From: Myxococcota bacterium
GTDB lineage: Bacteria > Myxococcota_A > UBA9160 > SZUA-336
DNA length: 64,000 nucleotides
Direction of reading: 5' to 3'
Assembly (NCBI GenBank): GCA_965247115.1
Contig: CBDFGR010000001.1
Location: 46,651-110,650, forward strand
Shown: positions 1 through 20,349 of the stretch, in pieces
Layout: every line of letters starts with the position of its first letter
Numbering within the stretch: the stretch's first letter is position 1
Position numbers and translations under genes: made by a program
The notes under the pieces: generated by a model
The model's database searches: none
Told to the model about the DNA's origin: nothing
The model's input: only the letters and a program-made list of their open reading frames with translations

Positions 1-42
1 AGTGTCCATCGTCCTCACCCCACAACACGAGGACATTCCCGC

Positions 43-1764
43 TTGGATTCGGAAGCTTGGTGGAGGTTGGAGCAACGCTTGGTGGCGCTGGCTCGCTCCG
101 CAGGGCCATTGCGCGTGGCTCTGGCTGAGCTGTCTGCTTGGCTCGTCGAGAGAGAGGCGTGGCAGCCCCTGGGGTACGCGCGCCTGTCGGACTACGCGGA
201 CGAGGCGCTGGGGCGCTCGGCGAGATCGCTGCGGGACCTCGCGCGCGTCGGGCGAGAGCTCCCTTTCCAGCCGCTGCTGCACGCCGCGCTGGTCAGCGGG
301 GAGCTCGGGTGGACCAAGGTCCGACTGCTCGCGCGAGTCTGTACGGCCGCGAATGAGGCGAGCTGGGTCGCGTACGCTCGCAGTCTGACGAGCGCGGCGC
401 TCTCCCGCGCCGTGCGCAAGGTCGACACCGGCTCGCTCGAGGGCGATGGCTTCGAGCGGGATTGGAGTCGCAACCACTGGTTCGAGGTCGCCTGTACGTC
501 TGAGGTGCGGCTGCGATGGCACCAGGCGAGGAACCTGGCGCAGCGCGTGCACGGCGGCCGCGTCAGCTTTGGGCAGTGTGTGGAGATGGTCACTGCCGAG
601 GTGATCTCTGCATTGCCGCCAGACGTCGATCCCGTGCCTCGTACTGGCACCGATGCGGAGAACCGGGATGCTGAGATTGACGTCGGGGGCGATCCTGAAG
701 TCACCGTTCCCCCTTTCCTCGATAGATCTCCTGTACCCCACGACGACACGGTGGAGTCGCTTCCTGCCGCGATCGAGGCGTTGCTCCGCGACGGCGACAA
801 CATCGACGCGAGGGAGCTCCATCGCCGCTTGCACAAGGCCATCGAGATGGAGCGGCAGCTCGACACTCGGATTGGCCCCTTGCTCGACCTGCTGATGCGA
901 CGGCGCATCTACTGGCTCATGGGGTACACGAATCGCGAGGCGTATGTGCGGGAGAGGCTTGGACTGGATCCCTCGTGGGGTCGGGCGCTCCTGAGAATCG
1001 AGCGCGCCGCGCGCGCGAGCCCGGCGTTCGCCGCGGCCTATCGACTCGGGCAGTTGAGCGCGCTCCAGGCGGCGACGCTGCTCCCCCTCGTGCTGGGCGA
1101 GCTCGACGAGCACAGGATGACGCCATGGATCGAGCGCGCCGGAGAGGTCTCTCTGCGGCAGCTCCGCGACGACGTCGATCTGGCGCTGCTGGTTCGAGAG
1201 ACCGACCCCGCGAGGTGGTTTCGGAGCGGGGGACTTCCGGAGCAGGAGCCGGGCAGCGAAGAGGATCAACTCGACGACCGGGAAATCGGTGCGCCGCATA
1301 GTGGTCTGGAGGAGACGTGCAGCGTGGGCTGTCAACTCGAGCTGGACGCGATTCGGTTGCTCCGGGTGTTGCTGTGTACGGTGCAGAGGCGCCTGGAGCC
1401 AGAGCTCGGGCGCCTCCCGACGCGCGGGGAGGCTCTCGGGGCGATGATCGAGCACGCGATGGCGGAGTGGGGCGGGGATGACGAGAGAGTTCCGCGCAGG
1501 TATCGGGTCTTCGCTCGGGACGGCTGGCGGTGTGTAATTCCGGGCTGCACCTCCATGCGCAACCTTCACGATCACCACATCGAGTTTCGTTCCGCAGGGG
1601 GGAGTGACGAGCTCGAGAACCGAACCACGCTCTGTGCGTTCCACCACCTGCGGGGGGTGCACGCCGGGGTCGTCCGATTGACTGGGCGCGCGCCGGACCG
1701 GCTGCGCTTCGAGCTGCCGCTCGCGGTCTACGCATCGGGCGACCGGCTGCTTGCGACCCTCTAG
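43..1764 (+). CDS. DUF222-like / HNH endonuclease domain protein
   Basis: C-terminal RDGWRCVIPGC...HDHHIEFRSAGGSDELENRTTLCAFHH matches a Zn-HNH nuclease motif; two helical LGY...Y..E.LG...G.L modules; TTG start with GAGGA upstream (start uncertain). Confidence 0.8.
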   Translation: MDSEAWWRLEQRLVALARSAGPLRVALAELSAWLVEREAWQPLGYARLSDYADEALGRSARSLRDLARVGRELPFQPLLHAALVSGELGWTKVRLLARVCTAANEASWVAYARSLTSAALSRAVRKVDTGSLEGDGFERDWSRNHWFEVACTSEVRLRWHQARNLAQRVHGGRVSFGQCVEMVTAEVISALPPDVDPVPRTGTDAENRDAEIDVGGDPEVTVPPFLDRSPVPHDDTVESLPAAIEALLRDGDNIDARELHRRLHKAIEMERQLDTRIGPLLDLLMRRRIYWLMGYTNREAYVRERLGLDPSWGRALLRIERAARASPAFAAAYRLGQLSALQAATLLPLVLGELDEHRMTPWIERAGEVSLRQLRDDVDLALLVRETDPARWFRSGGLPEQEPGSEEDQLDDREIGAPHSGLEETCSVGCQLELDAIRLLRVLLCTVQRRLEPELGRLPTRGEALGAMIEHAMAEWGGDDERVPRRYRVFARDGWRCVIPGCTSMRNLHDHHIEFRSAGGSDELENRTTLCAFHHLRGVHAGVVRLTGRAPDRLRFELPLAVYASGDRLLATL

Positions 1765-1792
1765 CGCTTGCGACCCTTTAGAGTAGGGGGGG

Positions 1793-2512
1793 ATGGTGAC
1801 AATCGAAGGGGTTCGCCCGATCGTGGAGGCCATTCGGGCCGGGCGGCGCAGGGTTCTCGAGGTGACCCTGCCTGCGGCCGCCAAGCTATCGGAGCTCGAG
1901 GGGGTCCTGGCGGACGCCGGAATTCCCACCAGACCCGGCAAGCCTGGCGAGCCAGTCGTCGCGACCGCGGAGCCGTTTCCCGAGGAGGGCTTCGAAGAGC
2001 TCCTGATCGAGGATCGGCCTCGCTTCCTGGTGGCGCTGGACCGGGTTACCGATGTCGGGAATCTCGGATCGATCGCCCGCTCTGCCGAAGCTGCAGGGGT
2101 GATCGGCCTGGTTATGGAGCACCGGCGTGCTCCGCCCATCGGTCCCGGGGCGCTGCGGGCCAGCGCGGGGGCGATCGAGCATCTCAGGGTCGGGCGGACG
2201 CCGAACCTGCGCAAGGCTCTGGACCTGTGCAAGGCCGAGGGGCTGGCCGTGCTCGTGGCGGAGCCGGGGGGCCGCCCGATTGATGAGCTTCCGCCCAGTA
2301 CACTCGCAGGCGAGCTCGTCTGGGTTTTCGGAAGCGAGGATCGCGGCACGCGCTCTGGAATCCGGGATCAGGCAACAGAACTGGTTGGAATTCCCCTCAG
2401 CGGGGCAGTTTCGTCCCTCAACGTCGCCTCGGCGGCGGCCTATCTGCTGCTACGCACCGCCGAATTTCGGTTGGCGACGACCGGAGGCGGGCCGACTCTT
2501 CTGGCGAACTGA
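1793..2512 (+). CDS. rlmB: 23S rRNA (guanosine-2'-O)-methyltransferase, TrmH/SpoU family
   Basis: LDRVTDVGNLGSIARS, FGSEDRG and SSLNVASAA SPOUT motifs. Confidence 0.88.
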   Translation: MVTIEGVRPIVEAIRAGRRRVLEVTLPAAAKLSELEGVLADAGIPTRPGKPGEPVVATAEPFPEEGFEELLIEDRPRFLVALDRVTDVGNLGSIARSAEAAGVIGLVMEHRRAPPIGPGALRASAGAIEHLRVGRTPNLRKALDLCKAEGLAVLVAEPGGRPIDELPPSTLAGELVWVFGSEDRGTRSGIRDQATELVGIPLSGAVSSLNVASAAAYLLLRTAEFRLATTGGGPTLLAN

Positions 2513-2520
2513 AATTCTCC

Positions 2521-2529
2521 TGATACAAT
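2521..2529 (+). promoter_or_regulatory. putative extended -10 promoter of the tRNA/tuf operon
   Basis: TG-A-TACAAT ending about 10 nt upstream of tRNA-Thr. Confidence 0.55.
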
Positions 2530-2539
2530 CGGAGGTTGC

Positions 2540-2615
2540 GCTGGCGTAGCTCAATTGGCAGAGCAGCTGACTTGTAATCAGCAGGTTGGAGGTTCGAGTC
2601 CCCTCGCCAGCTCCA
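2540..2615 (+). tRNA. tRNA-Thr(TGT)
   Basis: GCTGGCG acceptor stem, anticodon arm GCTGA-CTTGTAA-TCAGC, GGTTCGAGTCC T-loop, encoded CCA. Confidence 0.96.
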
Positions 2616-2754
2616 CACCCGTGAGGTGAGGAGCGAGGGGACGGGACATAGCCTTACATATCCCCTTACATAGTATGGGACGATTCTCCCGGGCCTCGAG
2701 TTAGTGGGGGTGCTCGCAGGGGCTGGGTTTTTTTTACGCTTGGGTCGGGTCTCC

Positions 2755-2840
2755 GGAGAGGTACCGAAGTGGTCAAACGGGACAGGCTGTAAACCTGTTG
2801 GCTTCGGCCTTCGGAGGTTCGAATCCTCCCCTCTCCACCA
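2755..2840 (+). tRNA. tRNA-Tyr(GTA)
   Basis: GGAGAGG acceptor stem, ACAGG-CTGTAAA-CCTGT anticodon arm, long variable arm GGCTTCGGCC, CCA end. Confidence 0.96.
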
Positions 2841-2862
2841 TTCGATACGAAGGAGCGACGAC

Positions 2863-2939
2863 GCGGGAATAGCTCAGTTGGCTAGAGCACAAGCCTTCCA
2901 AGCTTGGGGTCGCGGGTTCGAGTCCCGTTTCCCGCTCCA
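2863..2939 (+). tRNA. tRNA-Gly(TCC)
   Basis: GCGGGAA acceptor stem, CAAGC-CTTCCAA-GCTTG anticodon arm, CCA end. Confidence 0.96.
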
Positions 2940-2949
2940 GGTTTGTTGG

Positions 2950-3025
<76 letters not shown>

Positions 3026-3071
3026 GCGCGTTGAGCAAAGAGGTACGACAAGCCCCCTAGGGCAATGGAAT

Positions 3072-4283
<1,212 letters not shown>

Positions 4284-4308
4284 CCTCGTACGGCTCAGTA
4301 CAAATCAC

Positions 4309-4385
4309 AGGTCAGTAGCTCAATTTGGTAGAGCAGCGGTCTCCAAAACCGCAGGTTGGGGGTTCAAGTCCCTCCTGGCCTGCCA
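4309..4385 (+). tRNA. tRNA-Trp(CCA)
   Basis: GCGGT-CTCCAAA-ACCGC anticodon arm, CCA end, usual position before secE. Confidence 0.96.
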
Positions 4386-4425
4386 GATCCAGTGAAGTCG
4401 TTCGGAAGAGCGAGGAAGAGAGGAC

Positions 4426-4632
4426 GTGAGTAAGAACCCGATCGAGTGGGCCGATGAGTCGCGCGCCTTCCTCGGCGAGGTACAGGTCGAGTTCAAGAAG
4501 GTGACCTGGCCCTCGCAGAAGGAGACGGTCGCGGGCACGGTCGGCGTGATCGTATTGGTCACGATCGTTGGGACAGCCCTGTTTCTGGTCGACTGGATGC
4601 TGTCGGCCAGCATGCAACTGATTTGGCCCTAG
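4426..4632 (+). CDS. secE: preprotein translocase subunit SecE
   Basis: EFKKVTWPS motif followed by one transmembrane helix; synteny. Confidence 0.95.
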   Translation: MSKNPIEWADESRAFLGEVQVEFKKVTWPSQKETVAGTVGVIVLVTIVGTALFLVDWMLSASMQLIWP

Positions 4633-4667
4633 AACCACCTCTCTCCCCCGACACCGACGAGGTCGAA

Positions 4668-5192
4668 GTGGCAGCGTTTTGGTACGTGCTTCACACATAT
4701 TCGGGCCAGGAGGCCCGAGCAAAGCAGGCGCTTCTCGAGAAGGCGCGAGCCTTCAATCGAGAAGACGCGATCAAGGAGGTCTTCATCCCGGAAGAGGATG
4801 TCGTCGAGGTCGTCAAGGGGCAGCGTCGCACGAGTAAGCGCAAGTTCTTGCCGGGCTATCTACTGGTGAAGATGGAGCTCGACGACGAGGTCTGGCACAT
4901 CGTCAAGAACACCTCGAAGATCACGGGCTTCGTCAACCCCGGAGGGAGACCGACGCCCGTTCCCGAGGCAGACGTCGAGCGCATGCTCGGGCAAACCAAG
5001 ACCGAGAAGCCCACGCCCAAGATCAGTTTTGAAGAGGGAGAGGACGTTCGCGTGGTTCAAGGTCCCTTCTCGAATTTCTCGGGTCGGGTGAGCGAGGTTC
5101 GCCCCGAAAAAGAGCAGGTTCAGGTGATGGTGGCGGTGTTCGGTCGCTCGACACCGCTCTGGCTCCCCTTCGAACACGTGGAAAAGGCCTGA
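4668..5192 (+). CDS. nusG: transcription termination/antitermination factor NusG
   Basis: [25 protein letters not shown] domain; GTG start chosen to avoid overlap with secE. Confidence 0.96.
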   Translation: MAAFWYVLHTYSGQEARAKQALLEKARAFNREDAIKEVFIPEEDVVEVVKGQRRTSKRKFLPGYLLVKMELDDEVWHIVKNTSKITGFVNPGGRPTPVPEADVERMLGQTKTEKPTPKISFEEGEDVRVVQGPFSNFSGRVSEVRPEKEQVQVMVAVFGRSTPLWLPFEHVEKA

Positions 5193-5193
5193 C

Positions 5194-5619
5194 GTGGCAA
5201 AGAAGATCGTCGCGCTCATCAAGGTGCAGTGTCCTGCAGGTCAGGCGAACCCTTCCCCCCCGGTGGGACCCGCGCTCGGCCAGCACGGCGTCAACATCAT
5301 GGAGTTCTGCAAGGCGTTCAACGCGCGCACGCAGGACCAGCAGGGCCTGATCATCCCCGCGGTGATCTCGGTCTACGCGGACAGGACATTCACCTTCATC
5401 ACGAAGACCCCGCCCGCTGCCGTTCTGCTGAAGCGCGCAGCAAAGATCGCCAAGGGCTCCGGCGAGCCGAACAAAGAGAAGGTAGGCAGGGTCACGGCAG
5501 AGCAGGTCAAGGAGATCGCGGAGATCAAGATGCCTGACCTGAACGCGAACGACGTCGCCGCGGCCATGAAGATCGTCGAGGGAACGGCGCGCTCCATGGG
5601 CATCGAAGTCGAGGGATAG
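5194..5619 (+). CDS. rplK: 50S ribosomal protein uL11
   Basis: [26 protein letters not shown]. Confidence 0.98.
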   Translation: MAKKIVALIKVQCPAGQANPSPPVGPALGQHGVNIMEFCKAFNARTQDQQGLIIPAVISVYADRTFTFITKTPPAAVLLKRAAKIAKGSGEPNKEKVGRVTAEQVKEIAEIKMPDLNANDVAAAMKIVEGTARSMGIEVEG

Positions 5620-5621
5620 CA

Positions 5622-6323
5622 ATGGCACACGGCAAGAACTACCGAGCTTCCGCGGAGAAGATCGACGCCACCAGGAGCTACCCGCTCCAGGAGGGGATCG
5701 ACCTGCTGCTCGAGACGAAGCAAGGGAAGTTCGACCAGACGGCCGAGGTCGCAATGAACCTCGGCGTCGATCCTCGCCACGCGGACCAGAACGTGCGCGG
5801 CGCGGTCGTCCTGCCCCACGGTACGGGCAAGACGGTCCGGCTCATCGTCTTTGCCAAGGGCGACAAGGAGACGGAGGCGAGCGCGGCCGGTGCGGACGAG
5901 GTCGGGGGTGAGGAGCTCGCGAAGCGCATCCAGGACGGCTGGCTCGAGTTCGACCGCGTGATCGCGACGCCGGATATGATGAGCGTGGTGGGTCGCCTGG
6001 GACGGGTCCTCGGCCCGCGCGGACTGATGCCGAATCCGAAGGTGGGAACGGTCACCTTCGACCTCGAGCGGGCGGTCTCCGAGCAGAAGTCCGGCAAGGT
6101 CGAGTTCCGCGTGGACAAGGCCGGCATCGTGCACGCGCCTTTCGGGAGGCTCTCGTTTTCCCGCGAGCAGCTCGCCGAGAACTTCCTCGCGATCGCCGAC
6201 GTGGTGATGAAGGCGAAGCCCGCCGCCACGAAGGGTGCGTACGTGAAGAAGATCTCGATCTCTTCGACCATGGGCCCAGGAATCCTCATCGACTCCGCAG
6301 ACATGCAGGCAGCGCTGCGCTAG
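5622..6323 (+). CDS. rplA: 50S ribosomal protein uL1
   Basis: [30 protein letters not shown]. Confidence 0.98.
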   Translation: MAHGKNYRASAEKIDATRSYPLQEGIDLLLETKQGKFDQTAEVAMNLGVDPRHADQNVRGAVVLPHGTGKTVRLIVFAKGDKETEASAAGADEVGGEELAKRIQDGWLEFDRVIATPDMMSVVGRLGRVLGPRGLMPNPKVGTVTFDLERAVSEQKSGKVEFRVDKAGIVHAPFGRLSFSREQLAENFLAIADVVMKAKPAATKGAYVKKISISSTMGPGILIDSADMQAALR

Positions 6324-6351
6324 CAGCCAACAGCGGGAGGCAATCGGACAG

Positions 6352-6882
6352 GTGCAGACGCGACAGCAGAAAGAGGACGCGGTCAGCGTCCTCCGCGACA
6401 AGCTCCAGCAGGCCAACGCCGTGCTCGCCGTGGACTACCGTGGGCTCACGGTGGCGGAGGCGAACGATCTGCGTGCTCGCCTCCGCGGTGCCGGCGATGG
6501 CCAGATCGAGTACCGGGTGGCGAAGAACACGCTGCTTCGGCGGGCCACGGAGGGCACGGGGGTCGAGGGGCTCCACGCTTATCTGCTGGGCCCCACGGCT
6601 GTAGCGCTCGCTCCGGACGAGCCCTCGGCACTGGCCAAGGTGCTCGTGGACTTTGCGAAGGAAAACGACAGGTTCGAGATCAAGGGCGGCGTCGTCGAGG
6701 GCGAGGTCGTGGACCGGGAGACAATCAACCAGCTGGCCGCGCTGCCCGGTAAAGAGCAGCTGCGCGCCATGCTGGCGGGCACGCTTCAGAGCCCGCTGCG
6801 GAACCTGGCCGGAACCCTTTCCGGGCTGCTGGGCCAGGTGCGCAATGCGCTCGAACGACGTCAAGAGCAACTGGAAACATGA
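6352..6882 (+). CDS. rplJ: 50S ribosomal protein uL10
   Basis: DYRGLTV...YRVAKNTL; synteny. Confidence 0.96.
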   Translation: MQTRQQKEDAVSVLRDKLQQANAVLAVDYRGLTVAEANDLRARLRGAGDGQIEYRVAKNTLLRRATEGTGVEGLHAYLLGPTAVALAPDEPSALAKVLVDFAKENDRFEIKGGVVEGEVVDRETINQLAALPGKEQLRAMLAGTLQSPLRNLAGTLSGLLGQVRNALERRQEQLET

Positions 6883-6947
6883 ACCGAAGACCCCGTTCCG
6901 GCGCCATTGGGGCGCCTTGATCTGACCGGGGTAGGGAGGAAGGCAGC

Positions 6948-7322
6948 ATGGCAGCGGTAGAAGAGATCTTCTCGCAGATCAACGAGCTCAAGCCGATGGA
7001 AATCGCCGAGCTCATCAAGCGGATGGAAGACGAGTGGGGCGTGAGCGCCGCTCCGGCGGCGGTCGCGGTCGCAGCGCCTGGCGCGATGGGCGCCGAGGCC
7101 GAGGAGGAGAAGACGGAGTTCGACGTCATCCTCATCTCGCACGGCGAAAAGAAGATCCAGGTAATCAAAGAGGTGCGCGCGATCACTGGCCTCGGCCTCA
7201 AGGAGGCCAAGGAGCTGGTGGAGAGCGCGCCGAAGGCGGTCAAAGAGGCCGTCGACAAGGACGAGGCAGAGAAGGTCAAAGAGAAGATCGAGGCCGCCGG
7301 CGGGCAGGTCGAGGTCAAGTAG
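6948..7322 (+). CDS. rplL: 50S ribosomal protein bL12
   Basis: [30 protein letters not shown]. Confidence 0.98.
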   Translation: MAAVEEIFSQINELKPMEIAELIKRMEDEWGVSAAPAAVAVAAPGAMGAEAEEEKTEFDVILISHGEKKIQVIKEVRAITGLGLKEAKELVESAPKAVKEAVDKDEAEKVKEKIEAAGGQVEVK

Positions 7323-7349
7323 CTCACATCCAACGACGCGGAGGACTGA

Positions 7350-11471
<4,122 letters not shown>

Positions 11472-11480
11472 GGGGGCAAC

Positions 11481-15662
<4,182 letters not shown>

Positions 15663-15677
15663 CTAGCCCCTGAGTTG

Positions 15678-15705
15678 TTGACTTGGGGTAGATTCCTGTT
15701 AGTAT
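15678..15705 (+). promoter_or_regulatory. putative sigma70 promoter of the str operon
   Basis: TTGACT-N16-TAGTAT with an extended TG. Confidence 0.6.
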
Positions 15706-15860
15706 CCGGGCCCTTTCGCGCGAGGGGCAGCCTGCGCGACGGGGTCCGTTCCAAAGCAATTTGTGTATTTCCCCCGGATCCACCGGACTGTCGCAGAGGG
15801 GGGTGAGACTCCCTACCTGGCCACAGTCGACGGGTCTGGATTCGTTCGTTTAGAGGTCGC

Positions 15861-16232
15861 ATGCCGACGATTCAGCAGCTGGTTCGCAAGGGTCGCAAGA
15901 CCAAGAAGCGAAAGACGAAGGCTCCCGATCTGGCAGGCTGTCCCCAGAAGCGGGGCGTCTGCCTGCGTGTCTCGACCCAGACCCCGAAGAAGCCGAACTC
16001 TGCGCTACGCAAGGTGGCCCGCGTGCGGCTGTCCAACCAGCGCGAGGTCTGGGCCTACATTCCCGGCGAAGGCCACAACCTCCAGGAGCACTCGATGGTT
16101 CTGGTGCGGGGCGGCCGGATCAAGGATCTGCCCGGCGTCCGCTACCACGTAGTTCGAGGAACGCTCGATACGCTGGGCGTAGATGGTCGCAACAAGTCGC
16201 GTAGCCTCTACGGAACGAAGCGGCGCAAGTAA
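15861..16232 (+). CDS. rpsL: 30S ribosomal protein uS12
   Basis: [26 protein letters not shown]. Confidence 0.99.
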   Translation: MPTIQQLVRKGRKTKKRKTKAPDLAGCPQKRGVCLRVSTQTPKKPNSALRKVARVRLSNQREVWAYIPGEGHNLQEHSMVLVRGGRIKDLPGVRYHVVRGTLDTLGVDGRNKSRSLYGTKRRK

Positions 16233-16702
16233 TGCCACGCCGCCGCGAGGTCCCGAAGCGCCGTATCACCCCCGATCCCAAGTACGGGGATCGGCAGGTG
16301 GCCAAGTTCATGAACGTGCTGATGAAGGCTGGCAAGAAGAGCGCGGCGGAACGGATCGCCTATGGGGCGCTCGAGATCATCGGCGAGCGCACGGGCGATG
16401 AGCCGCTCCGAACGTTCCGGCGGGCCATGGATAACATCCGTCCCCGTCTCGAGGTGAAGAGCCGCCGCGTGGGTGGGGCCACCTACCAGGTGCCGCTGGA
16501 GGTGCGTCCCGATCGCGGAACCGCGCTTGCAATGCGCTGGGTCGCGCTCTACGCACGCCAACGTTCCGGGAAGTCGATGAAGGAGAAGCTCGCCGCCGAG
16601 CTCTTGGACGCAGCCAACGAGCGGGGCGAGGCGGTTCGGCGGCGCGAGGAGATGCACCGGATGGCGGAGGCCAATAAGGCCTACGCCCATTACCGCTGGT
16701 AG
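16232..16702 (+). CDS. rpsG: 30S ribosomal protein uS7
   Basis: [27 protein letters not shown]. Confidence 0.99.
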   Translation: MPRRREVPKRRITPDPKYGDRQVAKFMNVLMKAGKKSAAERIAYGALEIIGERTGDEPLRTFRRAMDNIRPRLEVKSRRVGGATYQVPLEVRPDRGTALAMRWVALYARQRSGKSMKEKLAAELLDAANERGEAVRRREEMHRMAEANKAYAHYRW

Positions 16703-16725
16703 GCGGGCATCGGTGAGCCTGGATC

Positions 16726-18792
16726 ATGGCACGGGACACGTCGCTTGAGCAGACCCGCAACATCGGCATCATGGCCCACATCGATGCCGGTAAGACGACG
16801 ACGACCGAGAGGATCCTGTTCTACACGGGGATCACCTACAAGCTGGGCGAAGTCCACGAGGGCAGCGCCACCATGGACTGGATGGCGCAGGAGCAGGAGC
16901 GGGGCATCACGATCACCTCGGCTGCGACCACATGCGAATGGCGTGACCACCGGGTCAACATCATCGACACTCCAGGTCACGTCGACTTCACCATCGAAGT
17001 AGAGCGATCGCTCAGAGTCCTGGACGGAGCGGTCGCTGTCTTTTGTGCGGTGGGCGGTGTGGAGCCGCAGTCCGAGACCGTCTGGCGCCAGGCCGACAAG
17101 TACGCCGTCCCGCGCATCGCGTTCGTGAACAAGATGGACCGGGTTGGCTCTGACTTTCTCGCAGTGACCAAGCAGATCGAAGAGCGCCTCGGTGCGAAGC
17201 CCCTGGTCCTACAGCTACCCGTTGGCTCGGAAGACGAGTTTCGCGGTGTGGTCGACCTCTTGACCGGGAAGGCGCTCATCTGGGACGAGGAGAGTCTTGG
17301 GGCGAATTTTCACGAGGAGGAGGTCCCCGAGCGGCTGGTGGAAGAGGTCGCGGCAGGCCGCGACAGGCTCTTCGACACGATCGCGGACTTCGACGAGGAA
17401 ATCCTGGAGCGCTACCTGACCGGGCAGGAGGTTTCGGTGAGCGCGATCCGCAAGGTCATCCGCAAGGCAACGTCCGAGCTCGAGGTGGTGCCGGTCCTGT
17501 GCGGCTCGGCGTTCAAGAACAAGGGAGTCCAGCCGCTGCTCGACGCGGTGCTCGACTACCTCCCGTCGCCGCTGGACGTTCCTCCCATGGTCGGGACGAA
17601 TCCGAAGGGCGAGAAGGTCGAGCGCCAACCGCGCAGGGACGATCCGCTCGCCGCTCTCGCGTTCAAGATCGTCACCGACCCCTACGTGGGGCTGCTGACC
17701 TTCGTCCGGGTCTATTCGGGCAGGATCGACGCGGGCTCGTACGTATTGAACTCGACTGACGGCCGTCGCGAGCGCGTGGGCCGGATCATGCAGATGCACG
17801 CCAACAAGCGCGAGCAGATCGAGTCCGTCTCCGCCGGAAACATCGCGGCGATCGTCGGTCTCAAGTCCGTCTCGACCGGTGACACGCTTTGCGACGAGCG
17901 AGACCCGGTCGTGCTCGAAGCGATCGAGTTCCCCGATCCCGTGATCGAGATCGTTATCGAGCCCAAGACCAAGGTCGATCAGGAGAAGACCTTCGAGGCG
18001 CTGCACAAGCTGGCCGTCGAGGATCCGTCGTTTCGGGTCGTGACGAACCCCGAGACGGGGCAGACGCTGATCGCGGGACAGGGCGAGCTCCATCTCGAGA
18101 TCATCGTCGACCGCCTGCTGCGCGAGTTTCAGGTCGTGGCGAACGTCGGCAAGCCGCAGGTCGCCTACAAGGAGACGATCTCTCGAGCGACCCGCGGCGT
18201 GGGACGCTTCGTCCGGCAGAGCGGCGGCAAGGGGCAGTTCGGGCACGTGGTACTCGAGCTCGAGCCGAACGAGTCCGGTGCGGGGATCGAGTTCGAGCAG
18301 AAGATCGTCGGTGGGGCGGTCCCAAAGGAGTACTTCAAGCCCGTCGAGCAGGGCGTGCGAGAGTCGCTGCAGACCGGCGTGCTCGGAGGGTTTCCCGTGG
18401 TCGACGTGCGGGTCAAGCTCGTCGACGGGTCGTACCACGAGGTGGACTCCTCGGAGATCGCCTTCAAGGTCGCGGGCTCCATGGGGGCCCGCGACGGGCT
18501 CACGAAGGGCAAGTCGCAGCTGCTCGAACCGATCATGGCGGTGGAGGTCGTAGTCCCGGAGCCCTACATGGGCGCCTGCATCGACGACTTGAACAGCCGC
18601 GAGGGCAAGGTTCGCGGCATGGAGGCGCGCGGCAACACACAGGTCATCCAGGCCGGCGCGCCGCTGCGGAACATGTTCGGGTACGTGAGTGCCCTGCGCT
18701 CTCTCACGCAGGGCCGCGCGACCTACACCATGCAGTTCGACCACTACGCGGTGGTACCCGCGGCGGTGGCGCAAGAGATCGTTCAACGGTAG
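16726..18792 (+). CDS. fusA: elongation factor G
   Basis: [23 protein letters not shown]; position in str operon. Confidence 0.99.
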   Translation: MARDTSLEQTRNIGIMAHIDAGKTTTTERILFYTGITYKLGEVHEGSATMDWMAQEQERGITITSAATTCEWRDHRVNIIDTPGHVDFTIEVERSLRVLDGAVAVFCAVGGVEPQSETVWRQADKYAVPRIAFVNKMDRVGSDFLAVTKQIEERLGAKPLVLQLPVGSEDEFRGVVDLLTGKALIWDEESLGANFHEEEVPERLVEEVAAGRDRLFDTIADFDEEILERYLTGQEVSVSAIRKVIRKATSELEVVPVLCGSAFKNKGVQPLLDAVLDYLPSPLDVPPMVGTNPKGEKVERQPRRDDPLAALAFKIVTDPYVGLLTFVRVYSGRIDAGSYVLNSTDGRRERVGRIMQMHANKREQIESVSAGNIAAIVGLKSVSTGDTLCDERDPVVLEAIEFPDPVIEIVIEPKTKVDQEKTFEALHKLAVEDPSFRVVTNPETGQTLIAGQGELHLEIIVDRLLREFQVVANVGKPQVAYKETISRATRGVGRFVRQSGGKGQFGHVVLELEPNESGAGIEFEQKIVGGAVPKEYFKPVEQGVRESLQTGVLGGFPVVDVRVKLVDGSYHEVDSSEIAFKVAGSMGARDGLTKGKSQLLEPIMAVEVVVPEPYMGACIDDLNSREGKVRGMEARGNTQVIQAGAPLRNMFGYVSALRSLTQGRATYTMQFDHYAVVPAAVAQEIVQR

Positions 18793-18813
18793 CTCCCTCT
18801 GGAGAAGGAATAG

Positions 18814-20004
<1,191 letters not shown>

Positions 20005-20015
20005 CGGAGAAGACG

Positions 20016-20333
20016 ATGGCAGACCGCGGCACACCCAAGATTCGGATCCGGATGAAGGCCTTCGACAGCCAGCTGCTGGATATGAGCGTGTCCGAGATCC
20101 TGGACACCGCGGTGCGGACCGGATCGCGGACCGCGGGGCCGATTCCCCTCCCGACGTCGATTCAGAAATACACGGTCCTGCGCGGCCCGCACATCGACAA
20201 GAAGTCACGCGAGCAGTTCGAGATCCGCACGCACCGCCGGCTCGTCGACATTCTCGATCCCACTCCGCAGACCGTCGATGCGCTCATGAAGCTCGAGCTG
20301 TCTGCCGGAGTTGATGTGGAGCTCAAGCTCTAA
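20016..20333 (+). CDS. rpsJ: 30S ribosomal protein uS10
   Basis: [22 protein letters not shown]. Confidence 0.98.
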   Translation: MADRGTPKIRIRMKAFDSQLLDMSVSEILDTAVRTGSRTAGPIPLPTSIQKYTVLRGPHIDKKSREQFEIRTHRRLVDILDPTPQTVDALMKLELSAGVDVELKL

Positions 20334-20349
20334 CAAGAAGCATGTAACT

